Assembly (NCBI RefSeq): GCF_009914755.1
Contig: NC_060939.1
Strand: one strand, 5' to 3'
Source: the human T2T-CHM13v2.0 reference genome, Homo sapiens
Length of the DNA stretch: 64,000 nucleotides
This document shows positions 28,636 to 43,499 of this stretch, piece by piece; the stretch's first letter is position 1; every line of letters begins with the position of its first letter. Below the pieces are notes generated by a model. It was not told the origin of the DNA and made no database searches. It worked only from the letters and a program-made list of their open reading frames with translations. A program made the position numbers and the translations under genes.

Positions 28636-28870
28636 CTATGTCATTTCTTTCTCTTATATAACAAAAAATAAGCTCATATTACACATAGTGCTTTGGGGTC
28701 TACTTTATTGTTTTCACAGTAGACCAAAGACACTGTTTTCATATCAATAACTTTCATATCAACACCCTGTGAGTCAGAAATTCCACACTTAGTCAATTAT
28801 CCTATGGAAATAAATCAAAAATGCCTCAAAGGCTTATGTGCAAGGCAGATATTCCCACTATCACTTATAG

Positions 28871-29071
28871 CAGTGCTGCGCAATATGGTAACCACTAACC
28901 ACAAGTTCGTATTTAAATTAAGAGTAACTTAAGCAGAATTTAAAATCTAGTTTCTCAGTTGCACTAGGCACATTTCAAGTGCCCAGTTGCCACATGTAGC
29001 TAGTAGCTACCATATGAACAGTGCAGAAATGAATACACTCATCATTGCAGAAAGTTCTGTTGGACAACATT
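28871..29071. mobile_element. MER3 (hAT-Charlie)
   Basis: cagtgctg ... cacatttcaagtgc ... agaaagttctgttggacaacattg; about 200 bp with TIR-like ends. Confidence 0.8.
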
Positions 29072-29999
29072 GGCTTGTAGGAGCAAAGCAGTGAAAATAG
29101 GCTAGATACTCCACAAGAGGAGACTAAAGTAAATTATTTATTTATTTTTATGATAGACTATTTAAATTTTATTCTAAGTGTTTGTGTTTTTAAATAATTA
29201 TATCTGCTCCTTACATATGCAATGTAAATATTGTTTATCAAGACTTACATACATATTAATGTATATGTACATGTTTATATACATATATGTATTATGTGTG
29301 TATATGTAACTTTTACAACTAGAGTTTGAGTTATGTCTTTAAGAATTTTTCTGTATAAGCACATTGGCTTTTGACTTCTGCTGCCATGGAGAGCCACCCT
29401 TAGATCCCAAGGGGCTCAGGGCAGCATGGGTAGAAGACGATTGACCAGCCTCCTCTCCTCCCATCTGAGCTAGTGACAAGCAGTGATCTGCCTTTCTATT
29501 CTGGCCTCAACAGTGTACCATGATTACAAATGTTGCCAGGTATGGCCACTATTTCCAAAAAGAAAGCAATGCATTACACATTAGAATATATTAATTATCT
29601 TCTTAAAATAGAGGTAGGGCAAGAGGAGTTTACTTGGGGAGAAAATATACAAAGTAATAATAAGATCCTTACAAACTAACTGCAAAGACATGCTTTTTTG
29701 AGAATGGCAGAAAAGGCTCGTCCTAAAATAGTGTAGTGAGATAGCTATGTGGCTGGTTTAATAGCTGAGTACAAAGAGTGTGGTTTCTAATTCATCGTCT
29801 ACCTTGAGGAAGTCACAGTCTAGACTCCTGTCTAGTAACACTTAATATGATGCTACTCCAAAGAGTAGAATTAGGACAAAGACAAGGATACAGAGTGCAG
29901 CTTAATTTAAGTAGGGAAATGCTCCTTAATATAAGTAGGGAAATGACCCCTAAGACTACCTAACAGTAGGACTGGCTTCCTTATGAATTAGTGAAAGCC

Positions 30000-30480
30000 C
30001 TGAAAGACAGAAATCAAACTGTTTGGCTTAAGCAAGAAAGGAATTTATTGCCACGTATAACTGGAGAAGTCCATGGAGGGATGGGATAGTCTGGCTTTGG
30101 GTTTGCGAATTCCACCAACAGTGTGAGGAATTGACCTCATCCCATCTCACAGCTCTGACTTTTTGTGTCTTGATTTATTCCAGACAGACTGCTCCCTGTG
30201 GGAACAAGATAGCTGGGACAGTCCCAATTTCACCTCCTCACAGCACATCAATCCCAGTGGAAAGAGAGCCTCTTTCTACCAGTGGTCCTACCATTGAGTC
30301 TCACTGACCTGGATAGGTCCTAGGCTCCTCCTTGAATTATAGCCCAGGTCATGGAAGACCCTGTTTAGTCATTCTTGAGTTATTCTACCACCAGTGGAGT
30401 CAAATGTTCTGAGAGTGAGCCAGGGTTAGGTTCCCTAGGGAAAAATCAAGGTGCAGTTACCACAAGGTGTTGAATAGGTC
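30000..30480 (-). mobile_element. Old MLT1 (J/K-like) LTR
   Basis: ggcttaagcaagaaaggaatttattg ... ataactgg motif. Confidence 0.6.
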
Positions 30481-30786
30481 AAACCCCAAGTATCCACTGT
30501 AATTCCCAATCCTGGAAGTGTTCTAGCAGTGGCCACAGAGATGCAGAAGCGACTTCTGCAATTAGCTGAGTAGGAGGCTGAACTTGAGGATCTCAAACTA
30601 TATGTCTTTCCATCCTGAGAGTCTATGATTCTTAGAAATAAAATCCAGGTCAAAACATCTTACCAGGAGTGTTAATATTTTGGAGTTGCTATTGTGATAT
30701 TTCTGGTGAGATTTAAACATTTTTCGTAAAAATTTGATGTCATCTCTCAGGGAATAAAATTAAATTTCTTTCCTTCCTCCCTCCAG

Positions 30787-30870
30787 AAAACTTGGATGAA
30801 ATGATTGCTCTTCAGACCAAAAACAAGCTAGAAAAAAATGCTACTGACAATATAAGCAAGCTTTTCCCAG
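30787..30870 (+). CDS. SCG3: SCG3 exon 9 (ENLDEMIALQ...NATDNISKLFP)
   Basis: Strong pyrimidine tract ending ctccag|, G|gtatga donor; 84 nt. Confidence 0.97.
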
Positions 30871-32574
30871 GTATGATTATTTAACTATTTTTTTAGCCTT
30901 TAGAATAATAACCCTTTTGAGTGGTAAATAATGAACTTTAATAAACATTAATTTAAAAATTACAGATTTTGAAAAGTGTTAAAATCTGAAACGCAGCCAT
31001 AGGATTAATTAGATGTGACCTTGGCTATTTTGTGGCCAATCACAGCACATAAATCTGACCTCAAAAAACATTGAAAAATAATGTAGGTCTTTACTGAAGA
31101 TTCCTGGAGGTGGCTAGGAATCTTAGGTGGAAAGGAAAAGGCTACATCACAAAACTGAGCAATCCATCCTAAAATTCTCCTTTAGGTATCTTCTCTCCCT
31201 AGATAATCACTTCTCCAGACTACTGTCCCTGGTCATCTGTTCACTCCCCACTGCCCGCCTCCCGCTCTCCCCTCCCAGGTTTTCTCTCTCCCCTGGGATG
31301 GTCTGTGCCCCTAGGTAGTGTGCTTTACCCCCGCTCTTGGTTTCGTCAGTTCCATACCTCCACCTATCACCCTACTCAGCCCATCAAACCCCAGGGAACT
31401 GAGCTATGGAAAGGAGCCTCCTTTCAAGGAGGAGGGTGGAACAAAAAGAGAAAAGTTTGCAAATGGCAGATTCTTTTTTAAATTTGTTTAGCTATTAATG
31501 ACAACCAAAAATTGCAAATTGTTATACTTTGACTCTTTGTCACTATCACAGAAATTATATACATATTCTTGATGGCATAGTATACAGCCCTTTAAAATAT
31601 GTTTTCAAGCAGTTTTTAATTACCTGGAAACATCCTTCCATAATAATGTAATGACACAAGCGAAGAACAAAATTGTACCACAACTGTGAAAAAAAATGCA
31701 TCTCTCTACATACCGCATCACACTAGCGAATGTTTTATATCAGACACTAACTGATTTCTTTCTTTTCTTCCTATTTTTCTACAATAAAAAAACACTTTAT
31801 TTTAAAAGTTTACTGTTAGACTGCTTGAGGTTCCAAATATTTTATTGGCTACAGAAATGTATTACAATTGTTTTCAAATGGTTACCTACTTTAAGGTTTA
31901 TGATTTTTAATTCAACAAAGGATTACTACATGGAAATATGGTTATTTTAAAGTGAGAAGGGAGCAAGAGTTTCTCTCTTTTGATAGCAAGAGTTCAAGTC
32001 TCTTCTTCGAATTTAGGGTTCCTAGGGGTAAAGGAGTGTGAAGAAAGGAGCAGAAGGAGAGAAGTCCTGCCATAGCCCCAGATCCTTAGGTGTGATTGAG
32101 TAATAGACTGTCTTTCAAAAATGCAATGTCAAGGAGAGATTGGGCAGCTATAGAGTTATTATCATTTGGAATCAAGACCCACCAAATGTACTTCAGAACA
32201 TGACATATCCTGGCTTGATCACCTACACTGATTAAAGTAAGACAAAGAATATGCCCTCTAATGGCAAGGTGTGGCAGAATGGAAAAAATACCAAATCAGA
32301 ATTCAGAAAGCTGGGGTGGGGTGGGGTGGGGGGGATATATCTAAAGTCAACTCATGGGATGACTTTAGACATATCTCTCCCCTTTCTGGGCCTCAATTTC
32401 CTCTTCTGTGATATGGGGTTAAAGGGTTGGATTAGATAAGCACTAAGATCCCTTTCAACTCAAAATATGATCTGAGCTCAAACTGTACCTTGTCAATAAA
32501 GTTGATTTCTACTTTAGGAACCAATTAATAGATAGGAAACAGGGCTATGACAACAATGCTCAATCTGATTACAG

Positions 32575-32712
32575 CACCATCAGAGAAGAGTCATGAAGAA
32601 ACAGACAGTACCAAGGAAGAAGCAGCTAAGATGGAAAAGGAATATGGAAGCTTGAAGGATTCCACAAAAGATGATAACTCCAACCCAGGAGGAAAGACAG
32701 ATGAACCCAAAG
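32575..32712 (+). CDS. SCG3: SCG3 exon 10 (APSEKSHEETDSTK...KTDEPK)
   Basis: ttacag| acceptor, G|gtatgg donor; 138 nt. Confidence 0.97.
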
Positions 32713-33109
32713 GTATGGGATTGACAGCTCTAGGTTAGCAATGAAATTGGGAAAGCAAAAGCTTTCACCACACAAGGGAGGGTGATCCAAAGAGCAAGCT
32801 CCATCACATCTGAGAAATTGACACAATCTGTATAGAACAGGCTTGGCATGTGGTATCTTTATTTGAATAGCAATCTTTTTTAATGGTCTTGAGTCTCCTG
32901 GGATGGCAAACTGATTTCATCTTTTGATAGTCTTTAGTGTTCAATGGACTTTTGTGTTTGGAGAGGAATATGTATGACCATTAGTGCATTGTTTAACATA
33001 TAATTTATAATCTTATGAATTTATTGAGCAATATTTTTTAAACTTATTGAATATTCCTCTAAATAATCACATACTGCTTATTCAACAAGATCATCAAAAT
33101 TTATTATTT

Positions 33110-33347
33110 GGTCAGGCGCAGTGGCTCATGCCTGCAGTCCCAGCAGTTTGGATTGCTTGAGCTGAGGGTTTGAGACCAGCCTGGGCAACATGGAAAAACC
33201 TCATTTCTACAAAAAATGCAAAAATTAGCCAGGCATGGTGGCACATGCCTATAGTTTTAGCTGCTCAGGAGGCTGAGGTGGGAGGATCTCTTGAGTTCAG
33301 GACGTGGAGGCTGCCCCACTATACTCCAGCCTAGGTGACACAGCAAG
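33110..33347 (+). mobile_element. AluJ with internal deletions, no tail
   Basis: Alu sequence joined directly to an L1 fragment. Confidence 0.9.
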
Positions 33348-33559
33348 GGCAATGAAAACACTTGGACACAGGAAGGGGAACATCACACACCGGGGCCTGT
33401 CGTGGGGTCGGGGGATGGGGGAGGATTAGATTAGGAGATATACCTCATGTAAATGATGAGTTAATGGGTGCAGCACACCAGCATGGCACATGTATACATA
33501 TGTAACAAACCTGCACATTGTGCACATGTACCCTAGAACTTAAAGTATAATAAAAAAAA
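33348..33559 (+). mobile_element. L1PA 3' terminal ~210 nt
   Basis: ggaacatcacacaccgggg ... gtaccctagaacttaaagtataataaaaaaaa. Confidence 0.95.
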
Positions 33560-33719
33560 TTTGAATTTAACAAAGCAAAATTTTAAAATGATTTAACCAG
33601 TGATTGTAACTTTTAACACTTTTAAGGACTTGATAAAAATGACAAATTCAATATATCAAATTTCCTTAAATAGCATAAATATATCTATGCAATATATAAC
33701 ACAATTTACATCTTTTTAG

Positions 33720-34024
<305 letters not shown>

Positions 34025-34346
34025 ATCTTCCTAGGATTTTAGAAACTTTACCATACCCCCAAAGAAAAAGACTCAATGAGGTTATAAGTTCTAAATTGTT
34101 ATCCCTTTGATTTCAGGTCCGAATGTGGGATCTAGTTGTACAGTTCAGTGGTTCAAGTCCCCTTATTACAAAGTTGTGCTAGTTACATCATGGAAATTTA
34201 CATCTCTATGTCTCAGATAGATATTATTTTTCTGAAACTCAATGTCTTTACCAGAAGTTGTGAACAAACGGTTTGAACCTACCTTATTTTTCTGTCATTA
34301 TGATATATTGGCATCTTTGATATAATTGGAACCTTATTTATGTCTT

Positions 34347-34420
34347 ATCACTTGAGCTCAGGAGGTGGAGGCTGCACCACTGTACTTCAGCCTGGGTGAC
34401 ACAGCAAGATTAATGTCTCA
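34347..34420 (+). mobile_element. Alu right-arm fragment, paralogous to 33286-33347
   Basis: Same internal deletion as the copy at 33286. Confidence 0.85.
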
Positions 34421-35354
34421 TTAGTAGATTCATCTGCAGAGTTTATTCTTTAAGAGCTGAGAGAGTGGGTCAGTGCTCTCTTGGGTGGGGGGTGGTGGAG
34501 GAACCCAGCCAATTTATCATCTGAAAACACACCATTGGACTCTCTGAAAAGAGATTTTCATTGGTTATGTATAACCATCAGTGGCAATGAATAGGTAGAC
34601 TTTTTCTTGTTCCTTGTTATGATGTGATATGAGATCACAAGGACCAATTTTGCCCATGGTATAGCTCTTAATTTTGAAGAAATTGGCCCACTTAAAGGTT
34701 CCCCACCCAGTATCTCCTGCTCACACAAATAGAAGCAGGTTCCTATTCACACTTAATAGACGCATGCTTACTGTCTGTGTATGAAGTAGAAGAGAAACAA
34801 ACTAGCTACGTATTTAATACCTTGAAACTCAAGAATACCAATAAAATTACAAACTATTTCCTTTTTATATTACTATTACCTTTGCTAACACTTTTTCCAT
34901 TTGTGTAAGTTATTTCAGTTGTCGTTGTTGGTGATGATGATGACTTTATGCCTAAATTGGTGTAGCTTGGGCAGTGGGAGCTCCCTAAATTTCTCTTTAG
35001 TCTTTTTAGTACATCATCATTGCTTTCTAGCAACAACGGGATATTCTATACCCACTCTGAATTTTCCTTTCCCAAGACTTGAAGTCAATTCTCCTTCAAG
35101 GAGTTCTGGTTCCTTTTTTGTAGAAAAGACTTGTAGAATTAGACACCCAAACCTGGGTTATATAAGTTCAAATGAGTGGTGATAGTGGCAAAAGATGCTG
35201 CTTCTATTTCAGCTATTGGGACTTTTTTGAGACAGGGCTGAAAAATATAATTTTTCCTTAATGTATCAAGTTTCTGTTGATTTTTCCTATCTTATACATT
35301 TTTATATTTTTGTGCCCTCCTTTTCTCTAGCATGGATTTCATAGACCATCACAA

Positions 35355-35431
35355 TTTTTTCCTACATTTTATATTTTCCTACATTTTACATTTCCTACAT
35401 TGTACATTTTCCTACATTTTTTCCTACATTG
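35355..35431. repeat. Degenerate tandem repeat with core TTTCCTACATT
   Basis: Five cores visible. Confidence 0.85.
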
Positions 35432-35676
35432 ACATAGCTGATGTGTCAACTCCAATTGTTTGGTAGTGGCCCATGTTGTGAAAGTTTATGATATTGCATC
35501 TGGGTTCAGGAAGAAAGAAAGCAGTAATGATCAATTAATAATGTTTGTCCTGAGCAAGAGTAGGCAGAACTGGTGATATGTGTGCCATGTTTGGGGACCC
35601 TGTAGACCAATCAGGCTGCTTTGACACTTCCATTCAACCCTAGGTCACTCTGGATGGGTGGTAAACTCTTTTTAAA

Positions 35677-35704
35677 ATATATATATATATGTGTGTATAC
35701 ATAC

Positions 35705-35763
<59 letters not shown>
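35677..35763. repeat. Compound (TA)n/(TACA)n microsatellite
   Basis: Read directly. Confidence 0.95.
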
Positions 35764-35768
<5 letters not shown>

Positions 35769-35769
35769 G

Positions 35770-36244
35770 CTCTTTTTTGAAATTGTGGTAAAATGTACAT
35801 AACCTAAAATTTACCATCTTAACTGTTTTTAACTGTACAGTTTTGAGGCCCTAAGTACATTCACATTGTTTCTGTACCGTCACCACCATCCACCTCCAGA
35901 GCTCTTTTCATCTTGCAAAACTGAAACTCTGTACCAATTAAACAACACTTTTCCATTCTTGCTGTCCCCACTCCACGGCAATAACCATTCTATTTTCTGT
36001 CTCTATGGATTTGACTTCTATAGTGACCTCATATAAGTGGAATCATATAGCATTTTTCCTTCTGTGACCAGCTTACGTAACTTAGCATCATGTCCTCAAT
36101 GTTCATCCATGTTGTAGCAAGTGTCAGAATTTTCTTCCTTTTTTAAGGCTGAAGAAATACTCCATTGTATGTATAAGCCACATTTTATCTATTTATTTGT
36201 CTATGGACGCTTGGGTTGCTTCTACCTTTTGGCTGTTGTGAGTA

Positions 36245-36287
<43 letters not shown>

Positions 36288-36500
36288 TCTCTTTGAGCTC
36301 CTTCTTTCAGTTCTTTTGGGTATATATCCAGAAGTGGAATTGCTGGATCATATGCTAATTCTATTTTTAATTTTTTGAGGAACCACCATACTGTTTTCTG
36401 TAGCAGCTGCACCATTTTAAATTTCTACCAATCGTGTGCAAGAGTTCCAGTTTCTCTACATCCTTGCCTAGACTTTTTATTTCTGGATTTTTTTTTATCC
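35770..36500 (-). mobile_element. L1MB-type 3' end with internal (TA)n at ~36253-36282
   Basis: aaatttaccatcttaac ... gtggaattgctggatcatatg motifs. Confidence 0.85.
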
Positions 36501-36940
36501 TAACAGATGTGAGGTGGAGGATGAATGGTAAATTTTTAAAAATAGCTAACCAGGACAAGAGTGGACTATGATCTGAGACAGAGAACCACGAATTGGGCAG
36601 CATAGAGCATTACAGCTCACCTCAACAGAAACCCAGTGTGCCTCAATCATCCCCTCTGGAAGTGACCCATGTATAGCAATCGTATTTCCCTAGAACCCAG
36701 TGAGCCATAGGCTACATCCTTTGACTTGCTGGGGTAACATGCTCAGTGCTTTAAACACCACCTTCTATCGCTGTGCACAGGGCTGTAGGAATGGGTGCTG
36801 ACATTTCTGTTTGGTTTATTTTTAAGAAAACCATGTAAAAAATGAATATAAAAGAGATGATTCTCTGTAGTCCACTATTGCCTATTTAGGATGTGAGTGT
36901 TTGGAGACCAATGATAAGAGTGGATTTCCCTCTTCATTAG

Positions 36941-37313
<373 letters not shown>

Positions 37314-39881
37314 TAGTGTTATTCTTTGCAATGGCTCTCCTAAAACATTAAAAAGAAGGCAGGAATTTGGGGTTAAAATTAGTCCCTCTGCTATTGTTCA
37401 GAGATGTAATTTATTAATGTTACCACTGAACCCATTACTCTGGGATAAGGACAACTGACTCTAAAACAGTTTAGAAAACACCAGCTAAGTGTAAGCCAAG
37501 GACCAGCAATTTCTAGGAAAAAAAAATGTATTAATCCCCAAAAGGACATACCGACATATATCTTTGTGTTCGCAGTTGTTTCATTGCACTTTTCTCAAGG
37601 GCTATTTTGCTTCCCTGTTATAAAACCCAGTGAGAAAACACCCATTGTCTCTAGGTAGAAAAAGAAAAGCATCCATGTGAGTGGAGGCAGGGTTGACTGG
37701 GTTTTCCGGGACAGTTATTCAGCAAGAAATAAACACTTATTCCAATGGCATGCCTAGCGCTGTGCTTAGGAAGCAGCTACAGAAGGAATATAAGAACCAA
37801 TTCCTGCGTTTGAGGACTCAAGCAAGCTTTGAAATGGCCCAAGAATAGTCCTTAACTCATATGCTGGCAAGTGCAACACAGGCCACATACATGCACACAT
37901 ATCCCGCTTGTTGATGAGCCAGACATAGATAGAACAGGATCCCTTCAGGACGGAAAGCTGGAGGATGTTACAGAGTAGAATAAGGGATGAGGTAATGGTC
38001 CAGCTAAAACCACTTAAGGAAATAATTATAAGCAGAACACATTGGCAGGAATATCTGTGGGGAGTCTGTTTTGGCCTTGCAGTGTGTGAGGTGATAGCCC
38101 TATCTAACCACAGCAACTGTTTATTAACCATGCGTAGCATGAACTGGGTCCTGTGAGGAATATAAGTAATAATAATAATAGTAATAATAATAATACTCTA
38201 TATTTATATCATGCTTCAGTTTACAAAGCACGTTTCTATGAATCTCATTTCAAGCTTAATGTAAAAAACAGCCAACTTCATTACCAATGATGAAAAATGA
38301 TACATTCACCTTTGAAAATAGTTTGAACTATTTAAACTATGGTTTCCACAGGGACCCACATTAAGTATAATATTTTTAAATGTTGGTCTAGTTGTTTGAC
38401 TGATTCAATAATTATTCCTAAGTTTATGGATATGCTAATAAATTATAATTTATTCTAACTTCAACCAAATCTATAAAGTTGCTTAACTTTTCAAGTAAAT
38501 TGCTCTCTGAAAACTACTTTCAAACTTTATTTCATTATCTAAGTGTGGTTCTTTTTGCCATTTGGATGTTTACTCATTCACATCTGTTCTGTGAGTCACT
38601 GAAAGTCTTTTTTTTTAATCATCCAAGGGATGAAATAAGCATTCTAACACCCATAAACTCATTCCAGTGCTATCATTTAAGTTTACGGCTGGATAATAAA
38701 ATTAGGCTGGAAAAGGTGATCTCTAAGATAACTTTCACTTAAATATCCTATCATCCTCATATCTTTTTTACAGGAGCCAGAAAAGTTAGCCTATTTAATA
38801 AGTTGATAATAAATTGCCTAATTCCTGTGGATACACTTATTTTTTAAGCAACATAAGAGAATTCACGCCTGCCTTCAAGCCTCCAGAGATTCTGCTAGAA
38901 ATGTCCAAAAACAATGAGTCCAATATTCTCCCCTGGGAGTCAGCAAGTGGGTCAGGAAGACCCAAGTAGGCTTGGGAGAGCTATATATCAACATGGATTT
39001 TTCAAGGACAGAAAAGGGGAATTTCTTTCTTATGTACAAATCATGAATCTCCTTTTTAGAATTCACCCCTTGATTTACAAATCAGTAAAACAAGGCCCAG
39101 AAGATGAGCAACTTGCTCAAGATCTCATGGCCAAAGTGGTGGAGCTGGCCTTGAACCCATGTTTTCTGACTCTTCATCCAGTGCTCTTCCAGTCTTCCAT
39201 GCTGCATCTAATGGGCATGTAAAATGTCATCATTATGCAGAATCTTGAATCTCACAGCTCCGTGGCCTGTGTCAGCACCCATGCGTCAGTATCAGTTGCT
39301 TTGCTTCATCCAGTTCAAAAGTGCAATCATGTAATCTTGACATAATTTTAAGTATTATATCAAACTTAGTTTTTATAAACACTCTTTTACAAAACCTAAT
39401 GTCTTTAGTATATCCAGTATGCAATAGGACAACCCTATTGATTTATACACTTTCCCCAGAGGGAGAGAGTCAGGACAGCATAGTAGAGGAAGGACAAATT
39501 CATGTTTAGAAAAGATATTTTTCTCACAGTGTAAAAACCAGAACAGCCAGAAAAGCAAGGCTGCATCTCGACTCTGGCCCTCCTCCCATCTGCTTCAGCC
39601 TATGTTTTAAGGCTTGTGCTCTATTACCTCAGCCATGAGCTATTTTTTTTTTCCAAAGGAAGCTGAAATAAATTGAGGGAGAAAATAGTCCAGCTTTCCA
39701 AAGTCGACTCTCATAAGGCTTTCAGTGCACACTGCGTAAATAAAAGATTTGCTTTACAGCTCCTGCAAAGAGAAAAGTCAATATGAGCCAGCTGCTTTGC
39801 TCCAAGAGCAGAAGAGCACCTGATGTGATTCCCATTGTTGCCAATGCTCTTGTAAGCGTGTGGAGGTCTTAAAACTGGTGG

Positions 39882-40058
39882 CAGCGGTTCCCAAACTTTG
39901 CTGCACATTGGAGCCACCTCAAGATCATTAAAAAGTACAAATGTTTGGTCCCCAGTCCCAGATTCTGATTTAATTGGTCTGAGGAGCAATTTGGACATTG
40001 GGCCTTTAAAAGTTTTCGCTAAGTGATTTTAATGTGCATCAAAGTTTGAAAACAACTG
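39882..40058. mobile_element. MER5A (hAT-Charlie)
   Basis: cagcggttcccaaacttt ... aaagtttgaaaacaactg terminal inverted repeats. Confidence 0.85.
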
Positions 40059-40062
40059 CCTT

Positions 40063-40356
40063 GCCGGGCGCGGAGGCTCACGCCTGTCATCCCAGCACTT
40101 TGGGTGGCCGAGGAGGGCAGATCACGAGGTCAGGAGATCGAGACCATCCTGGCTAACATGGTGAAACCCCGTCGCTACTAAAAAATACAAAAAAAATTAG
40201 CTGGACAAAGTGGCGGGTGCCAGTAGTCCCAGCTACTCCGGAGGCTTGAGGCAGGAGAATGGCGTAAATCCGGGAGGCGGAGTTTGCGGTGAGCCGAGAC
40301 TGCACCACTGCACTCCAGCCTGGGTGACAGAACGAGACTCCATCTAAAAAAAAAAA
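40063..40356 (+). mobile_element. AluY-like element 'A' with TSD
   Basis: atcacgaggtcaggagatcgagaccatcctggctaac; TSD GAAAAC(A/C)ACTGCCTT. Confidence 0.93.
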
Positions 40357-40491
40357 GAAAACCACTGCCTTGTCAGCCAGTTTACCAACAAGAGCAGGCA
40401 CTCAATTTCTCTAGTCTAAAAGGTGAATTTGACCCAGCCCCAGTCATTAAAGGCTCCATATTTATTTTGGTTCAAAACCAGGCTCTGACCC

Positions 40492-40869
40492 TGTATTAGT
40501 TCTCTCTCACGCTGCTAATAAATACATACCCGAGACTGGGTAATTTATAAAGGAAAACAGTTTAATTGACTCACAATTCCACAGGGCTGAGGAGGCCTCA
40601 GGAAACTTATAATCATGGCGGAAGGGGAAACAAACAAGTCCTCCTTCACATGATGGTAGGAAGGAGAAGTGCTGAGCAAATGGGGAAAAGCCCCTTACGT
40701 AACCATCTGATCTTGTGAGAACTCACTCACTATCACAAGAACAGCAGCATGGGGGTAACCGCCCCCCTGATTCAATTACCTCCTACTGGGTCCCTCCCAT
40801 GACACATGGGGATTATGGGAATGACAATTCAAGATGAGACTTGGGTGGGGACACAGCCCAACCATATCA
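40492..40869 (-). mobile_element. THE1 solo LTR inserted in a MIR
   Basis: tgtattagt ... ccatatca, 378 bp, perfect 5-bp TSD GACCC (40487-40491, 40870-40874); MIR sequence on both sides. Confidence 0.93.
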
Positions 40870-41085
40870 GACCCTTACTTAGCTATGTCGCCTTGGGCAT
40901 GTCATTTAACCTCTCTGAGCCTTAGTTTCTTCATGAATAAAATGGGAATAATGATATTTAATTAATAGAATTCTATGAAGAATAAATGACATATGGATGT
41001 AGTATATCTATCACATTTGTGTTTTAAATTGTTTCTGAAAAAATAGTTTCTGATATAGCTATCATTTAGGTTTAGAATCCATTAA

Positions 41086-41532
<447 letters not shown>

Positions 41533-42087
41533 GGCTTGTAAGTTTTTTTAAGATGTAGTTTCCTAGTTTGGATTCCATGCTGACTGGGCAATCTTCTAAT
41601 TGCAATTTGGCTTCTGTACAGAAAGATTTCATCCATTTACTCATTGACAAATATTTCTTGAGAGCTTACTCTCTGTCAGTCTTGTTCTAGGCAGAGGGTA
41701 CATCAGCAAACAACATATTTCTAAGGGAGGAAGACAATAAACTTAACAAATTATATGCTACAGTAGAAGGTAATAAGTAGTCACCTTCTGATGGATAAAA
41801 ATAAAGCATGAAAGAGGAGGAGAATGACGGGGTGTTCTGTTATAAATTAGGGAGACTGTCCTAATCATGTATGTTATAACCCATAAGATACTAGTCTCTC
41901 AATGAATTGCAGTCCAATTTTCTTTAAGCTATAGTAAACTCATTCTCTGTTATGAGTTGATAATGTTGATATAGTGAATAAAATAGCTTTTCATACATTA
42001 CATACTTTTTAAAATTCCATACCATTTTTATAGGTAATTGGTTCCTGAACAAAAAGCAGCCTAATACAATAATGCTGAGACCTCTAC

Positions 42088-42393
42088 TTTATTTTTCTTT
42101 TGAGACAGAATCTGGCTGTGTTGTCCAAGCTGGAGTGCAGTGGTGCAATCTTGGCTCACTGCAACCTCCACCTCCTGGGCTCAAGCAGTCCTCCCACCTC
42201 AGCCTCCTAATAGCTGGGACTACAGATGCACACCACCATGCCTGGCTAATTTTTTTTTTTTTTTTTTTTTTTTTGGTAGACATGGGGTTTTTCCATGTTG
42301 CCCAGGCTAGTCTCAAACTCTTAGGTTCAAGCGATCTGCCCACCCTGGCCTCCCAAAGTGCTGGGATCACAGGTGTGAGCCACAGAGCCTGGT
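42088..42393 (-). mobile_element. AluJ
   Basis: Antisense Alu dimer. Confidence 0.9.
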
Positions 42394-43499
42394 CAAGGCC
42401 TTTATTTCAAATTGTCTTATGTTGAGTTCCCTCCAAGGCATGCACTAAGAGAAGGATTTGAGGTGAAGTAGCTTCATTGGGAAGTGACCCCAGGAAGCAC
42501 CACTGCAGGGTAGGTACATGAGCAGGAAGAGAAAAAAGCCAATATAAGGTGTGATAATGAGCAAGCTTCAGCATGGGCGACTAGAGCTCAATCCTATTGA
42601 AGACTTCTGGGAAACAGTAGAACATGCCTAAGGAACAAGGAAGCTGATGCATTGATCTACCCATTTCATCCGTCATCAGTTGAAGGCTGCTCTAGTAGCT
42701 AGCTATGAAGAGGGAGGCATGAGAGTGGGTAATGTTTGCCCCACGATGGCGAAAACTTCATTTGTTTTTACTCTCCTAATTTGGAATTTTTAATGCAGTG
42801 TCTAAACAGACTAAGCTGTGGTTTTCCTTATCCCAAAAAAGCTCTAACATCATGATACGATATCAGAGAAGATAGTAGAAAAAATGCTTAATATTATGTA
42901 AAGAACAAGACTATTTTCAGACATACTCAAAAGTTGCAAAAGCCCTAACTACCTAATGAGTGAATGACAAATCATTATTCATTAAAGTGAGCCCTATGGG
43001 GATCAGTAATTTGATTTAAACTCTTTAAAATAATGAAGTTGCATTGTTTAGAAATGGTCTGCACTAAGATTTCTCTCTTTGTTCAAAATACCTTATCTAA
43101 CTGAATTAATTTGAAATAGAAAACACTGTATTTTTAAAATTATTATTTATGTATCTGTTTATTAGTAGAGATAGGGTCTCACAATGTTGTGCAGGCTGGT
43201 CTTGAACTCCTGGCCTCAAACAATCCTCCCTCTTTGGCCTCCCAGACTGCTGAAATCAAGGAAGTTTCTACACCAACTATTGAAGTAAATAAGGACTAAA
43301 AATTGTGGATCTCTTCTGGTGTCCATTTACCCCTTTTTGTGTAGTAGTCTCTGTGCTTCTTTGGGGACCAGATGACACAGATCTTCGGTGGTAAGGCAAG
43401 AGTGGGCTTCAAGATCAGGAAGAAAGATGCTCAGAGAGTCACTTAGGTAAATACAGTGCGGGCAATTGGAACATGGGCAACTCTTAGGGCAGTGTTATT

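Noticed and set aside
35355-35431. TTTCCTACATT repeats as a functional array
   Set aside because: Short, degenerate and consistent with slippage; nothing supports function.
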